Source of the DNA: Oscarella lobularis
Taxonomy: Eukaryota
Direction of reading: 5' to 3'
NCBI RefSeq assembly: GCF_947507565.1
Contig: NC_089192.1
Location: 1,110,690-1,174,689 of the forward strand
DNA length: 64,000 nt
Both the position numbers and the translations under genes were made by a program. Shown here piece after piece: positions 9,371-20,489 of this stretch. Each line of letters begins with the position of its first letter. Position 1 is the first letter of the stretch. Below the pieces are notes generated by a model. It was not told the origin of the DNA. It did not search any database and worked only from the letters and a program-made list of their open reading frames with translations.

Positions 9371-10620
9371 TTAGGAACGCGCAGAAGGTGTACACTCAAA
9401 TGATGCGAGTGACAACACGCGCGTTAGATCTTGGCAGTCAACGTTTCCTCGCCGTCATGTTATTCCGAAGCTCTCTGCTTCTAACGGTTCTTTTCCGATG
9501 TTTGACCGGATTCGAAACCCAGATTCGTACGTCGACCGTCAGTTCGAACTCCCCGCTGATCGTTCGACGACTTCCCACCCTAGATTCGGCGCTACGACAC
9601 TTCGATACGCTTCGTACAGACGAAATAAAGCATTCTAGCATCGATCCCTCGCGCAGAAGAATGGAGGTGTCGATCCTCGGACGGTACAAGAACATCCAAG
9701 TGTCCTGGAAGATCCATTCGAATTCTTTTCGCTGTAGAAATTTTTCTCTGCACCTCTCGAACGACAATAACCTGTTGGCACCCACTTTTCGCGCAGTCGT
9801 TTCAGACGAAACAGATAGCAAGTCTTTGAGAAAATCAACCGAAAAGAGTTTTACATTGGAGAGGGTGGGATAGCTCATTTCCTTTCGTGGGTCTTTTTAA
9901 TTGTTAGAATTTCTCTCCTGGCGGCTAGCGCCAATTTTGTACGAGTCCAAAGTTCATAGAAATTCTCTCCTGGCTACAGGGATTTTCTATAATAACATAG
10001 AATTTCCCTTCTAATTTTTAAATTCAAAATGCCTTCTCTTTTAATCTAATGTTTTTTTCCAGAGGAAGACGGATCTTCTGTTTCGGCTCACATCGATTCG
10101 GAACAATTGGTCACAGCAACGATTCTCAGTCACGACGATGCGTACTATATCGAAGTAGGTGCACGTGCACTACTGTCTTATAGAGAAAATCACTTTCAAA
10201 AAATTCCTTAGCCGTCGCATCGACACATCGCAGAGCCGCACGATTTTCACATGATCGCCTATAGGAGATCGGACGTCGTGCGCAATTACGGCGAAAGAAA
10301 GGATAACGGAAGGTGATAAAAGAATTGTCTTAGAACTTTCCGAGGGTTATGCTGCCTCGAATATTTTTCCCTTTTAGTTTCTCTGGTCGTTTCTGTGGAG
10401 TCGACTCGGAAGAGCATCACGTAATTCATAATAACGGTGAAACTTCATCAATGAGAGTAGGAGGCAAGATTGTCTTATTGGTCTTGATAGATTTTTCTCA
10501 CTCGTGGTCGCGACTTCGGCGCGCCGTTCCCGCGCGACACACGTGCCCCATCGCACTCGTCGCCGATCACAAATTTTATCAGACTCTCGGTGGACGAAGT
10601 TTTTCTGGGACCATCAATTT
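9286..10620 (+). repeat. R1-R2-R3: co-duplicated copy of the ADAM10/17-like 5' exons, orphaned from the rest of the gene
   Basis: R1 holds the + strand ORF '[22 protein letters not shown]...' (signal peptide) then '[16 protein letters not shown]...[25 protein letters not shown]'. This resembles the human ADAM17 prodomain segment 'LDSLLSDYDILSLSNI...[25 protein letters not shown]'. R2 (about 10073-10200) reads '[37 protein letters not shown]', matching '[32 protein letters not shown]'. R3 (about 10370-10620) reads '[11 protein letters not shown]...[37 protein letters not shown]', matching the cysteine-switch, furin-site and catalytic-start segment 'KVCGYLKVDNEE...[27 protein letters not shown]'. 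Other copies sit at 19713-20170 (R1 part), 22830-23890 (R1+R2), 25760-26800 (R1+R2) and 28690-30040 (R1+R2+R3, contiguous with the gene body). Confidence 0.6.
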
Positions 10621-11009
10621 TATGGTATCCGTGCTTCAACACCCGCGCGCCCAGCGGAGAATAGTACGGGTAATCCCACCGCTCTCCGATTCATCGACCA
10701 TGAACGTCGAAGCGAGCGCCGATTCGGCCACGCTAGAGCGCGCGGCGTCGCCGAAAGCGACGCGCGCGCTCGTCGACGCGATCGAGAGCGATCGCGCGAC
10801 GAATACTGCATTGGAACGCGCCGAGCGACGTCGGCGGGAAAGCGCGGACGACGCGTCGACGGCCAATCGTTGCTCAGCGTTCGCCATCTACGGTATGTAC
10901 ATGTACGCTCGCCGAAGAGGCGAGAAGGCGCGCATTGTCTAGCGCACGCTCTAAGAGCCAGTGACGGATCTTAGCAGGGGATCTCAGTACCAAGTTCATC
11001 TGTTCTCCA

Positions 11010-13391
11010 ATGGCTTCAAGTCTTGCCGATTTGTGCACAAGAAGCCTTTGCCGAACGGACTACGAGATCTCCTCGTTTCCATTTCCAACGATATCCGAGA
11101 GAATCCTTCTCTACCCGTCGTCGCCGCGTCGACTGCCTCTTCCGGTCGCCAACGCGCTCTTCGAAGGCTTGGCGCAACGAGCAAAACTGACGGAGAGAAT
11201 TCTTCGCCTTTTCCTCGATCGAGATCGAGCGATGGTGACGTCACTTCCTCTCATTGGTCTCCGATCGATTCCTCGTGATGACGGAGAGACGACTTTCGTG
11301 CGTCGTCTTCGACAGCAAGCGTTCCTATGTCGCGTCGACGTATCGTTCAGTCATTGCGTCGGCGAACTTTCCGTGTCGCTTGTGAGCGCCTTTGCCGACA
11401 CGTGCAAAGACACGTTGCTTTCGTTTTCGGCTAGTCACGTGACCGGAGATCTTGGCATTTCGCGACTGAAAGACTTTACGCGATTGCGTCACGTCGATCT
11501 TAGCTACACGTCGGCGACGCCGAGCGACATCGACGTCGTGTGCGGCTCCTTGTGTCAGTTACGTCATCTCGACGTATCCGGCACTGACGTTAGTTGGTAT
11601 CGCGTCTTTGGTTCGGCGCGAGGTCTCGATCAATTGGAGTACCTTGGCATGAGCGATTTGGTATTTTTGACATTAGACCAGTGGACGCTTGTCTCTCAAC
11701 CCTACTTCAGCACTCGATGGATAACCAATTTCTTTTTGGCTACCACTAGGTTGTCTACGCTCAACATTTCAGGAGTTATATGTAAGGGATTGCCATCAGA
11801 CAAGTCTATTCTTTCAGCTGCATTTCATGAAATTGTCACTGGGGCACGGTCATTGACTCATCTCGAAACGAGTTTTCCAGAACTCCCTGAAGTTGTAGCT
11901 GGATTGCAGCTCGGCAATCTATTTGACCAAATGAAGTATTTGGCTTATTATGGCATCGTCACATCAATTCCAGATATTCTTTTGAACTCTGGGTGTCCTC
12001 GCTTTTTCTGCGATACATCTTCTGGGCTACATTGTTCAAGAGCGATAGACGTAAATAACGTCGATTTTGTGACGCTGGCTCTGAAAGGCGGACCGTCCTT
12101 TGGGATGACTGCTCTGGGAATTCCGTGGTTATTTGATCAATGCGCGTCGTCATTGGATGCGGCCGATCGTCGTGACCTTCTTCGGCGCGTTATGTCGGCC
12201 GCTGTCGCCGTCGCCCGCTTCAAACTATTTCGCATCACCGGCACGTTTGAGTCCAACGCCGAGACGTTTTTGATATACGTTATATGTCTGAGAACAGCGC
12301 ACAGGACGCATTGTCTCTTATGTTCAGAACCGTTGTTTAGGCCGAGACGCCGCTGTTGCATTCTACCCGGACCGGTTCGTCGGCATCGTCGCTACGCCTT
12401 TGCTGGTGATTTTTCTGATTCGTCGATAAAGGAGCTGTGGGATCAGATGATTGAATCCTGTTTAGAAGCGGCTCTCAGTCAACCTGCCGTTTTTCGACGC
12501 GACAGCAATGATCGAATCCTGTCTGCATTGTGCGCTGCGCTTTTCGTTGCTCTTCCTCGACCTCCGCTTCGGTTCGCTGCCTTGACGTTTTTTCTGAACG
12601 CGCTAACTGGAAAGGAAACTGGAACGAGACGTCTTTCCACTTGCAAAAAATGCGGTTATGACGGCACGTTGCCTATGTCGGTGGCACTAAAGTCGATTTT
12701 TGAGTCTCTTTCCGACCAAGAGCGTCGTGGGCTTGCGCTAGAAAAGAACTGGCTTGCTTCGGTGTGCAATCACGTGGAGGCGATGTGCACGGAACAGGGA
12801 ACATTATTGCTGGGTGCACATCGAATATCTCTTCCTCTTCTCAATCGTGAAAGTCGCCTTTTCTTTGACATCCTCTACTACATGTCCCGTGATCTGCCGG
12901 ATGTGCAGCGACGTTTGGTTCAAGACAGTAATCTGTTGACACTTCTGCCATGGTATTCATGGCCGCCGGTGAACCACTGTCCAGAAGTGGAAAGATTAGA
13001 TGCTGCGTCATCTCTGAGGGTACTGATTATTCTAGCTGAGAACGAGTCTCTGCGACATCGTCTGCTTTTTTCGACGTCATTGTTGCATATGCTCCTTGAA
13101 TTTCATCCCTGTTTTGAGACCAGCTATCTTACTTGTCTACTTCTGCTGTGTGACGACGCTCATTGGCTGGCGGATGTGCTCTCTAAAGACGACATGGCTT
13201 ACAGAATGATTACATTGCGTGGCGACATGTTGACATCTTCTTTAGCCGAGGACACTCATCGCTACAGGTATTCAAGCAATACTGTTGCACTTCTACAAGA
13301 TATGGCTCGACGAACGGACGTTCCACCCCCTGTAGGCTGGTTTGGGATGTACGTGCTCTCAAGGATGGATCAGCGTGTACAGATACAGTAA
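11010..13391 (+). CDS. ZYG11/ZER1-like LRR + ARM-like protein, paralog 3 (793 aa)
   Basis: ATG at 11010. Uninterrupted ORF colinear with paralogs 1 and 2. Confidence 0.55.
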   Translation: MASSLADLCTRSLCRTDYEISSFPFPTISERILLYPSSPRRLPLPVANALFEGLAQRAKLTERILRLFLDRDRAMVTSLPLIGLRSIPRDDGETTFVRRLRQQAFLCRVDVSFSHCVGELSVSLVSAFADTCKDTLLSFSASHVTGDLGISRLKDFTRLRHVDLSYTSATPSDIDVVCGSLCQLRHLDVSGTDVSWYRVFGSARGLDQLEYLGMSDLVFLTLDQWTLVSQPYFSTRWITNFFLATTRLSTLNISGVICKGLPSDKSILSAAFHEIVTGARSLTHLETSFPELPEVVAGLQLGNLFDQMKYLAYYGIVTSIPDILLNSGCPRFFCDTSSGLHCSRAIDVNNVDFVTLALKGGPSFGMTALGIPWLFDQCASSLDAADRRDLLRRVMSAAVAVARFKLFRITGTFESNAETFLIYVICLRTAHRTHCLLCSEPLFRPRRRCCILPGPVRRHRRYAFAGDFSDSSIKELWDQMIESCLEAALSQPAVFRRDSNDRILSALCAALFVALPRPPLRFAALTFFLNALTGKETGTRRLSTCKKCGYDGTLPMSVALKSIFESLSDQERRGLALEKNWLASVCNHVEAMCTEQGTLLLGAHRISLPLLNRESRLFFDILYYMSRDLPDVQRRLVQDSNLLTLLPWYSWPPVNHCPEVERLDAASSLRVLIILAENESLRHRLLFSTSLLHMLLEFHPCFETSYLTCLLLLCDDAHWLADVLSKDDMAYRMITLRGDMLTSSLAEDTHRYRYSSNTVALLQDMARRTDVPPPVGWFGMYVLSRMDQRVQIQ

Positions 13392-13724
13392 ACCCAGCTT
13401 GTATTTAGGGCTCTAAGGCTGCTCCTTGTCTCCACTAGAATTAGTGCTACAGGTAGATCGTGTCTGAGATCAGAGATTCTTTTTATTGATTTTTTAAATT
13501 TAGGTTTATAACCCTTGTTTAGAATTATAATGTAGCGAGCGTATTTCTGCTACATGTTGTCGCGACAAATCTCAAACGTTTACCATTCACATACCGCTCA
13601 GCAAGAGACAGACAATGTAGAAAGTTACAGAAAACGCCTAAGCAAAAAATAAGGCAGAAAAGCGTCGAGAAACAAAGCACGCACTAAACAAACAGAGAGA
13701 ATCGCGTACAGTCAGCTACGTGAG

Positions 13725-14672
13725 TCATTTGCCAATGAGTCTCACTATTTCTACTACTAACTTGACGCCAAGACTCTCAAACTTTTCATCTTGGCAGAGT
13801 ACTTTGTAATTGCTCACGACAAATTGCAGGCATTTCTCTCTCAAATGTCTAAAGCCGTACTTATCGGCAAGAGACAGATAATCAATAGCCGTTGCGGTTG
13901 AAACGGTCTTTGCCAAATAGGCCATGCAAAAATCACGCAGAGTGGAAATGAGAAAACGATCAGCCAATACCAATATATCCGGCATGTTGTTGCTGTACTT
14001 CTGTACGTCCAAGGAGCCAGTGAGAAGAAATGAAATGATTGCGTAAAACGATTCATAGGTAGCATCTTTTACAGAAATTGGAGTGGATTCGGTCTCGGAA
14101 GATTTCCAATTCGACGAGAACATACTGTTGAAGTAATCACTTCGAATGCAAAGAACCGATTTAGCGGTAACGGTGACGTGCTTTCCTTGAACTAAGAATA
14201 CGGCTTTATCTGTAGAAAGGATTTCTTCGTTGTCAATCAATTCCGCAAGATCATGTGAAAGTTCATCAAATGCTTTGAAGGAAGGAGGTGCTGCTTTTTT
14301 GAAGGAAGGAGGTGCCACTCTCACTCTACGAACGGCCTTCTGCTCCGTAAAGTAAAGGTACCCCGACTTAGAATCAAAAAACAAATGACGAGGATAATAC
14401 AATGACGCTAATTCGCCCTTGCCATCTGTAGACGCTGCCGCACCTGATCCGCAGAGAATTTCTTTTTCATTTGATGACAATGTCAGCTTGTAGATTCTAT
14501 GCGAGAGATCAGAGAAGTAGACATTTCCGTCGTCGTCAACAGCAACACCATAAGGTGTATTGAGATTTTTACAAACGGTTGAAACGTTGTGGTTTTTAAT
14601 AAATCTTTCTGATAGCACCATTAGATCGGTCAGCCACATACACAGAACAGTCTGGTCCCACGGCTAATTGAT
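13725..14672 (-). pseudogene. NHL-BTB-BACK pseudogene fragment (duplicate of the 3936-4880 fragment)
   Basis: ORF 13725..14639 covers NHL blades 5-6 and BTB/BACK. The same TTAT insertion and TAA as at about 4805 recur here ('agaaagatttattaaaaacc', about 14610). Upstream homology ends at the R4 junction (about 14655-14672). There are no 5' exons. Confidence 0.6.
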
Positions 14673-14891
14673 CGTTGCATTGGAACGCGTCGAGCGACGT
14701 TGGAGGCGGCGCATATGAAATCGGCGGGAAAGCGCGGACGACGCGTCGACGGCCAATCGTTGCTCAGCGTTCGCCATCTACGGTACATGTACGCTCGCCG
14801 AAGCGGCGAGAAGGCGCGCATTGTAGCGCACGCTGTGAGTGACGGGACGGATCTTAGCAGGGATCTCTGTACCAAGTTCATCTGTTCTCCA

Positions 14892-17285
14892 ATGGCATCA
14901 AGTCTTGCCGATTTGTGCACGAGAAGCCTTTGCCGAACGGACTACGAGATCTCCTCGTTTCCATTTCCATCGATCGCCGAGAGAATCCTTCTCCACTCGT
15001 CGTCGCCGCGTCGACTGCCTCTTCCGGTCGCCAACGCGCTCTTCGACGGCTTGGCGCGACGAGGAAAACTGACGGAGAGAATTCTTCGCCTTTTCCTCGA
15101 TCGCGATCGAGCGATGGTGACGTCACTTCCTCTCATTGGTCTCCGATCGATTCCTCGTGATGACGGAGAGACGACTTTCGTGCGTCGTCTTCGACAGCAA
15201 GCGTTCCTATGTCGCGTCGACGTATCGTTCAGTCATTGCGTCGGCGAACTTTCCGTGTCGCTTGTGAGCGCCTTTGCCGACACGTGCAAAGACACGTTGC
15301 TTTCGTTTTCGGCTAGTCACGTGACCGGTGATCTTGGTATTTCGCGACTGAAAGACTTCACGCGATTGCGTCACGTCGATCTTAGCTACACGTCGGCAAC
15401 GCCGAGCGACATCAACGCCGTGTGTGGCTCCTTGTCTCAGTTGCGTCATCTCGACGTATCCGGCACTGACGTTAGTTGGTATCACGTCTTTGGTTCGGCG
15501 CGAGGACTCGATCAATTGGAGTACCTTGGCATGAGCGATTTGGTATTTTTGACATTAGACGAGTGGACGCTTGTCTCTCAACCCTACTTCAGCACTCGAT
15601 GGATAACCGATTTCTTTTTGGTTACCACTAGGTTGTCTGCGCTCAACATTTCAGGAGTTAATATTAAGGGATTGCCATTAGACGAGTCTATTCTTTCAGC
15701 TGCATTTCATGAAATTGTCACTGGGGCACGGTCATTGACTCATCTTGAAACGAGTTTTCCAGAACTCCCTGAAGTTGTAGCTGGATTGCAGCTCGGCAAT
15801 CTATTTGACCAAATGAAGTATTTGGCTTATTATAGGGCCGTCACATCGATTCCGGATATTCTTTTGAACGCTGGGTGTCCTCGCTTTTTCTGCAGTAGTA
15901 GTAGTATGTCTTATGGGTTACATTATTCAAGAGCGATGTACGTGAATAACGTCGATTTTGTGACGCTGGCTCTGAAAGGCGGACCGTCCTTTTGGGTGAC
16001 TGTTCTGAGAATTCCGTGGTTATTTGATCAATGCACGTTGTCGTCATTGGATGCAGCCGATCATCGTGACCTTCGGAGCGTTATGTCGGCCGCTGTCGCC
16101 GTCGCCCGCTTCAAACTATTTCGCGTCACCGGCTCCAGCGCCGACGCCGAGCCGTTTTTGACGGACGTTATTTGTCTGAGAACAGAGCACAGGGCGTATT
16201 GTCTCCTATGTTCAAAACCGTTTAGGCTGGGACTCGGCTGTTTCATTCAACTCGGAACGATTCGTCGCAACTCCTTTGCCGGTGATTTTTTTGAATCTGA
16301 TTCGTTGATAAAGGAACTGTGGGATCAGATGATTGAATCCTGTTTAGAAGCGGCTCTCAATCAACCTGCCGTTTTTCGACACGACAGGAATGATGAAATC
16401 CTGTCTGCATTGTGCGCTGCGCTTTTCGTTACTTTTCCTCGACCTCCTCTTCGGTTCGCTGTCTTGACGTTTTTTCTGAACGCGCTAACTGGAAAGGAAA
16501 CTGGAACGCGACGTCTTTCCACTTGCCAAAAATGCGCTGATGACGGCAGGCTGCCTATGTCGGTGGCACTAAAGTCGATTTTTGAGTCTCTTTCCGACAA
16601 AGAGCGTTGTGGGCTTGCGCTAGGAAAGAACTGGCTTGCTCCTGTGCGCGATCACGTGGAGGCGATAGGCACAGAAATGGAAACATCATCGCTGGTTGCT
16701 GTTTATCGCAACGATATAGATCGAGTATCTCTTTCTACTAGTAGAATTCCTCTTCTCCATCGCCTTTTCTTGGACATCCTCTACTACATATCCCGCGATC
16801 TGCCGGATGTGCAGCGGCGTTTGGTTCAAGACAGTAATCTGTTGACACTTCTGGAGCACCAGGGAAGATTAGATGCTGCATCATCTCTGAGGCTGCTGAT
16901 TATTCTAGCTGAGAACGAGTCTCTGAGACATCATCTGCTTTCGAAGTCATCGTTGCAGATGCTCCTTGAATGCCATCCCTGTTTCGAGACCAGCTATCTT
17001 ACTTGTCTACTTCTGCTGTGTGATGACGCTCATTGGCCGGTGAATGTGCTTTCTAAGGACGCAATGGCTTACAGAATGATTTCATTGCGCGGCGACATGT
17101 TGACATCTTCTTTAGCCGAGGACACTCAGCGCTACAGGTATTCAAGCAATACTGTTGCACTTCTACAAGATATGGCTCGACGAACGGACGTTCCACCAGT
17201 AGGCTGGTTTGGGATGCACGTTCTCTCAAGGATGGATCAGCGTGTACAGATAAACCCAGCTTGTATTTATGGCTCTAATATTTAG
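14892..17285 (+). CDS. ZYG11/ZER1-like LRR + ARM-like protein, paralog 4 (798 aa from the conserved ATG)
   Basis: The track ORF 14700..17285 starts at a TTG codon. The conserved start 'MASSLADLC' is ATG 14892-14894. Confidence 0.55.
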   Translation: MASSLADLCTRSLCRTDYEISSFPFPSIAERILLHSSSPRRLPLPVANALFDGLARRGKLTERILRLFLDRDRAMVTSLPLIGLRSIPRDDGETTFVRRLRQQAFLCRVDVSFSHCVGELSVSLVSAFADTCKDTLLSFSASHVTGDLGISRLKDFTRLRHVDLSYTSATPSDINAVCGSLSQLRHLDVSGTDVSWYHVFGSARGLDQLEYLGMSDLVFLTLDEWTLVSQPYFSTRWITDFFLVTTRLSALNISGVNIKGLPLDESILSAAFHEIVTGARSLTHLETSFPELPEVVAGLQLGNLFDQMKYLAYYRAVTSIPDILLNAGCPRFFCSSSSMSYGLHYSRAMYVNNVDFVTLALKGGPSFWVTVLRIPWLFDQCTLSSLDAADHRDLRSVMSAAVAVARFKLFRVTGSSADAEPFLTDVICLRTEHRAYCLLCSKPFRLGLGCFIQLGTIRRNSFAGDFFESDSLIKELWDQMIESCLEAALNQPAVFRHDRNDEILSALCAALFVTFPRPPLRFAVLTFFLNALTGKETGTRRLSTCQKCADDGRLPMSVALKSIFESLSDKERCGLALGKNWLAPVRDHVEAIGTEMETSSLVAVYRNDIDRVSLSTSRIPLLHRLFLDILYYISRDLPDVQRRLVQDSNLLTLLEHQGRLDAASSLRLLIILAENESLRHHLLSKSSLQMLLECHPCFETSYLTCLLLLCDDAHWPVNVLSKDAMAYRMISLRGDMLTSSLAEDTQRYRYSSNTVALLQDMARRTDVPPVGWFGMHVLSRMDQRVQINPACIYGSNI

Positions 17286-17595
17286 AGAAGGCTGCTCCTT
17301 GTCTCCACTAGAATTAGTGCTACAGGTAGATCGTGTCTGAGATCAGAGATTCTTTTTATTTATTTTTTAAATTTCGGTTTATAACCCTTGTTTAGAATTA
17401 TAACGTAGTGGGCGTATTTCTGCTACATCTTGTCGCGACAAATCTCAAAGGTTTACCATTCGCATACCGCTCAGCAAGAGACAGACAATGTAGAAAGTTA
17501 CAGAAAACGCAACTAAGCAAAAAGGCAGAAAAACGTTGAGAAACAAGGCGTGCACTAAACAAACAGAGAGAATCACGTCCAGTCAGCTACGTGAG

Positions 17596-19157
17596 TCATT
17601 TGCCAATGAGTCTCATTATTTCTACTACTAACTTGACACCAAGACTCTCAAACTTTTCATCTTGGCACAGTACTTTGTAGTGGCTCACGACAAATTGCAG
17701 GCATTTCTCTCTCAAATCTCTAAAGCCGTACTTATCAGCAAGAGACAGATAATCAATAGCCGTTGCAGCTGAAACTGTCTTCGCCAAATAGCTCATGCAA
17801 AAATCACACAGAGTGGAAATTAGAAAACGATCAGCCAATATCAATATATCCGGCATGTTGCTGTTGTACTTCTGTACGTCCAAGCAGCCAGTGAGAAGAA
17901 ATGAAATGACTGCGTAGAACGATTCATAGGTAACATCTTCAATAGCAATTGGAGCGGATTCGGTCTCTGAAGATTTCCAATTCGACGAGAACATCCTGTT
18001 GAAATATTCACTTCGAATGCAAAGAACCGATTTAGCGGTGACGGTGACGTGCTTTTCTTGAACTAAGAAAACGGCTTTATCTGTAGAAACGATTTCTTCG
18101 TTGTCAATCAATTGCGCAAGATCATGTGAAAGTTCATCAAATGCTTTGAAGGAAGGAGGTGCCACTCCCACTCTACGAACGGCCTGCAGTTCGGTAAAGT
18201 AAAGGTACCCCGACTTGAAATCGAAAAACAAATGACGAGGATCGTTCAATGACGCTAATTCGCCTTTGCCATCTATAGACGCTGCTTCACCTGTTCCACA
18301 GAGAATTTCTTTCTCAATCGATGAGGATGCCAGCTTGTAGATTCTATGCGAGCGATCAGAGAAGTAGACATTTCCGTCATCGTCAACAGCCACACCATAA
18401 GGTGTGTTGAGATTTTTACAAACGGTTGAAACGTGGTGGTTTTTAATCTTTCTGATAGCACCATTGTTTCGGTCAGCCACATACACAGAACCGTCTGGTC
18501 CCACGGCTAATTGATCCGGATTATTAAATTTGGCTTCAGTACAGTGACCATCAATGTTGCCTGATTGACCTGCGGAGCCTGCTAACGTTGTTACGCGTCC
18601 ATCAGCTTCAATTTGACGTATTGTATGTCCGCCATGAGAAGACACTAAGACACTGCCATCTTGTAGTGCCACAATCCCGAATGGGTGATTGAGTTGAGCT
18701 TCAGTAAGGCCTACTCCATCTCGTTCTCCACAGGTGCCATTGCCAGCTAATGTAGAGACGGTGTCACCACTCAGCTGCGAGGGCGTTTTATACTCAGAAT
18801 CGTGGCAAATCTGTATCATTCACCTTTCGAACGCGATTGCCGCTGTAGTCAGCGACGAAGAGACAAGAACCGGAGGAGGAGGCAATGCCTGTTGGATTGG
18901 AAAATTTCGCCGAGATCAAAATACCGTCTTTGTGACCGCGACTGGATTGACCGGGAATCCCAGCATGGGCCGAGACTGCTTGAGAGGTAAGATCAACTTT
19001 CCAAATGCAGTTTTGACTGCTGTCTGCGACACACACTTGATCGTTTAGGATTGTGATTCTCCACAAGTACGAGAACGATTCGTGACGTGACACAGTCGTG
19101 ACAGATCCGTCTAAAACGGAAAGGAAGCGTGAAGGCTCAAGTACTAACGGCCCTCTT
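17596..19157 (-). CDS. NHL-BTB-BACK protein, array copy 4 (3 exons, apparently intact)
   Basis: Exon 1 'ATGGAAT' at plus 19151-19157 with donor GTAAAG. Intron 1 is about 50 nt. Exon 2 runs 19093-18824. Intron 2 is 18775-18823 (49 nt, GTGAAT...CCTCGCAG). Exon 3 runs 18774-17596. The apparent frameshift between ORFs 18794..19093 and 17596..18819 lies inside intron 2. Confidence 0.65.
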
Positions 19158-20222
19158 TACATTCCATTTGACCAGGGTCCGGCTGGGCAAGAAAACTGGC
19201 TGGGAAGGGCAGGGCTAGAGAGCACGGATCTTAGCTTAGACGAATGCCCAGGGGCGTCGCCACCGGCCCGGCCGGTCCGGCGCGAGCCGGGCCAATGTTT
19301 TCCAAAATAAAAACTATTTTTAGCAAGATAAACCGAGCCAAAATAGAATCTGTTAGAAAGGACATTGCATACGTGTACGATCATAGTGAAACCCGAAAGT
19401 TGGGCTTCCCGGACATAGCTACGGTATGTCCGAAGTTCGACATAAAGTCCGACTCTGACAGTTTGGTCGATTTGAGTATAATAAAGTTTTCTAAAGATAC
19501 AACAGAAAGAGCACGTGAATCCAACAAAGTGAACTTATTTAATGATTCTTCATTCTCTAAGTATTTACGATAAACATACATGAAACCTAATTGCACAAGT
19601 GGGCGTGGTCGAAAAAATTTTTCGCGGGCGCAAAACTACTCTCTCTCTATAAGCCGGGCCAAACGAAAAATCGATGCGACGCCCCTGATGCCTAGCTCTG
19701 TGCCTAAAAGAGTGACAACACGCGCGTTAGAAGTCAAAGCTTCCTGAGCCTTCCTCGCCATCTGCTTCTAACGGTTCTCTTCCCGTGTTTGACCGGATTC
19801 GAAACGCAGATTTGTACGTCGACCATCAGTTTGAAGTCCCCGCGCGATCGTTCGACGACTTCCACCCTAGATTCGGCGCTACGACACTTCCAACTTCGAT
19901 ACGCTTCGTACAGGCGAAACAAAGCATTCTAGCATCGATTCCTCTTGCAGAAGAATGGAGGTGTCGATCCTTGGACGGTACAAGAACATCCAAGTGTCCT
20001 GGAAGATCCATTCGAAGTCTTTTTGCTAGAAAGTTTGCTCTGAATCTCTTTTGGCACCCAATTTTCTCGCAGTCGTTTCCGACGAAGTAGGCAGATCGCA
20101 AGATTTTGAGAAAATCAACCGAAAAGAGTTTACATTGGAGAGGGTGGGATAGCTCATTTCCTTTCACATATTTGTGGCTTTTTTAATTCATAGAATTACT
20201 CTCTTCGCTAGAGCCAATTTCT

Positions 20223-20489
20223 ATGAGTCCGAGGGCTCATAGATTGTCTCCCCTGGCTATAGAGCCAATTTCATACAAATCGAGGTCTCATAGAATTTCT
20301 CTCCTGGCTATAGAGCCAATTTCTATGAGGCAAGGTCTCACAGAATTTTGCTCCTGCAATTACTATGAGACAAGGTCTCATAGAACTTCTCTCCTGGCTT
20401 TCTATGAGTCAAGGGCTCATAGAATTTCTCTCCGCCTGGCTACAGCTAATTTCTATGAGTCCAGACGAAGCAGAACGCTATCTGGTTAG
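20223..20489. repeat. Minisatellite, about 44-48 bp unit x about 5.5
   Basis: Unit 'tctcatagaattTctctcctggctatagagccaatttctatgagNcNagg'. A shorter 2-unit version of the same motif occurs in every R1/R2 junction (for example 9900-9990 and 23460-23550). Confidence 0.7.

Noticed and set aside
9500-9545. tRNA-like B-box ('ggattcgaaaccc', 'agttcgaactcc') suggesting a tRNA-derived SINE in the R1 repeat
   Set aside because: Matches to the GGTTCGANTCC consensus are imperfect. The segment lies inside the coding exon for the ADAM-like signal peptide and prodomain ('[18 protein letters not shown]').
18775-18823. Apparent frameshifts splitting NHL-BTB copies 4, 5 and 7 into two ORFs, suggesting pseudogenes
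   Set aside because: The frame changes fall inside the conserved GTAATG...TCGCAG intron 2. After splicing the reading frame is continuous.
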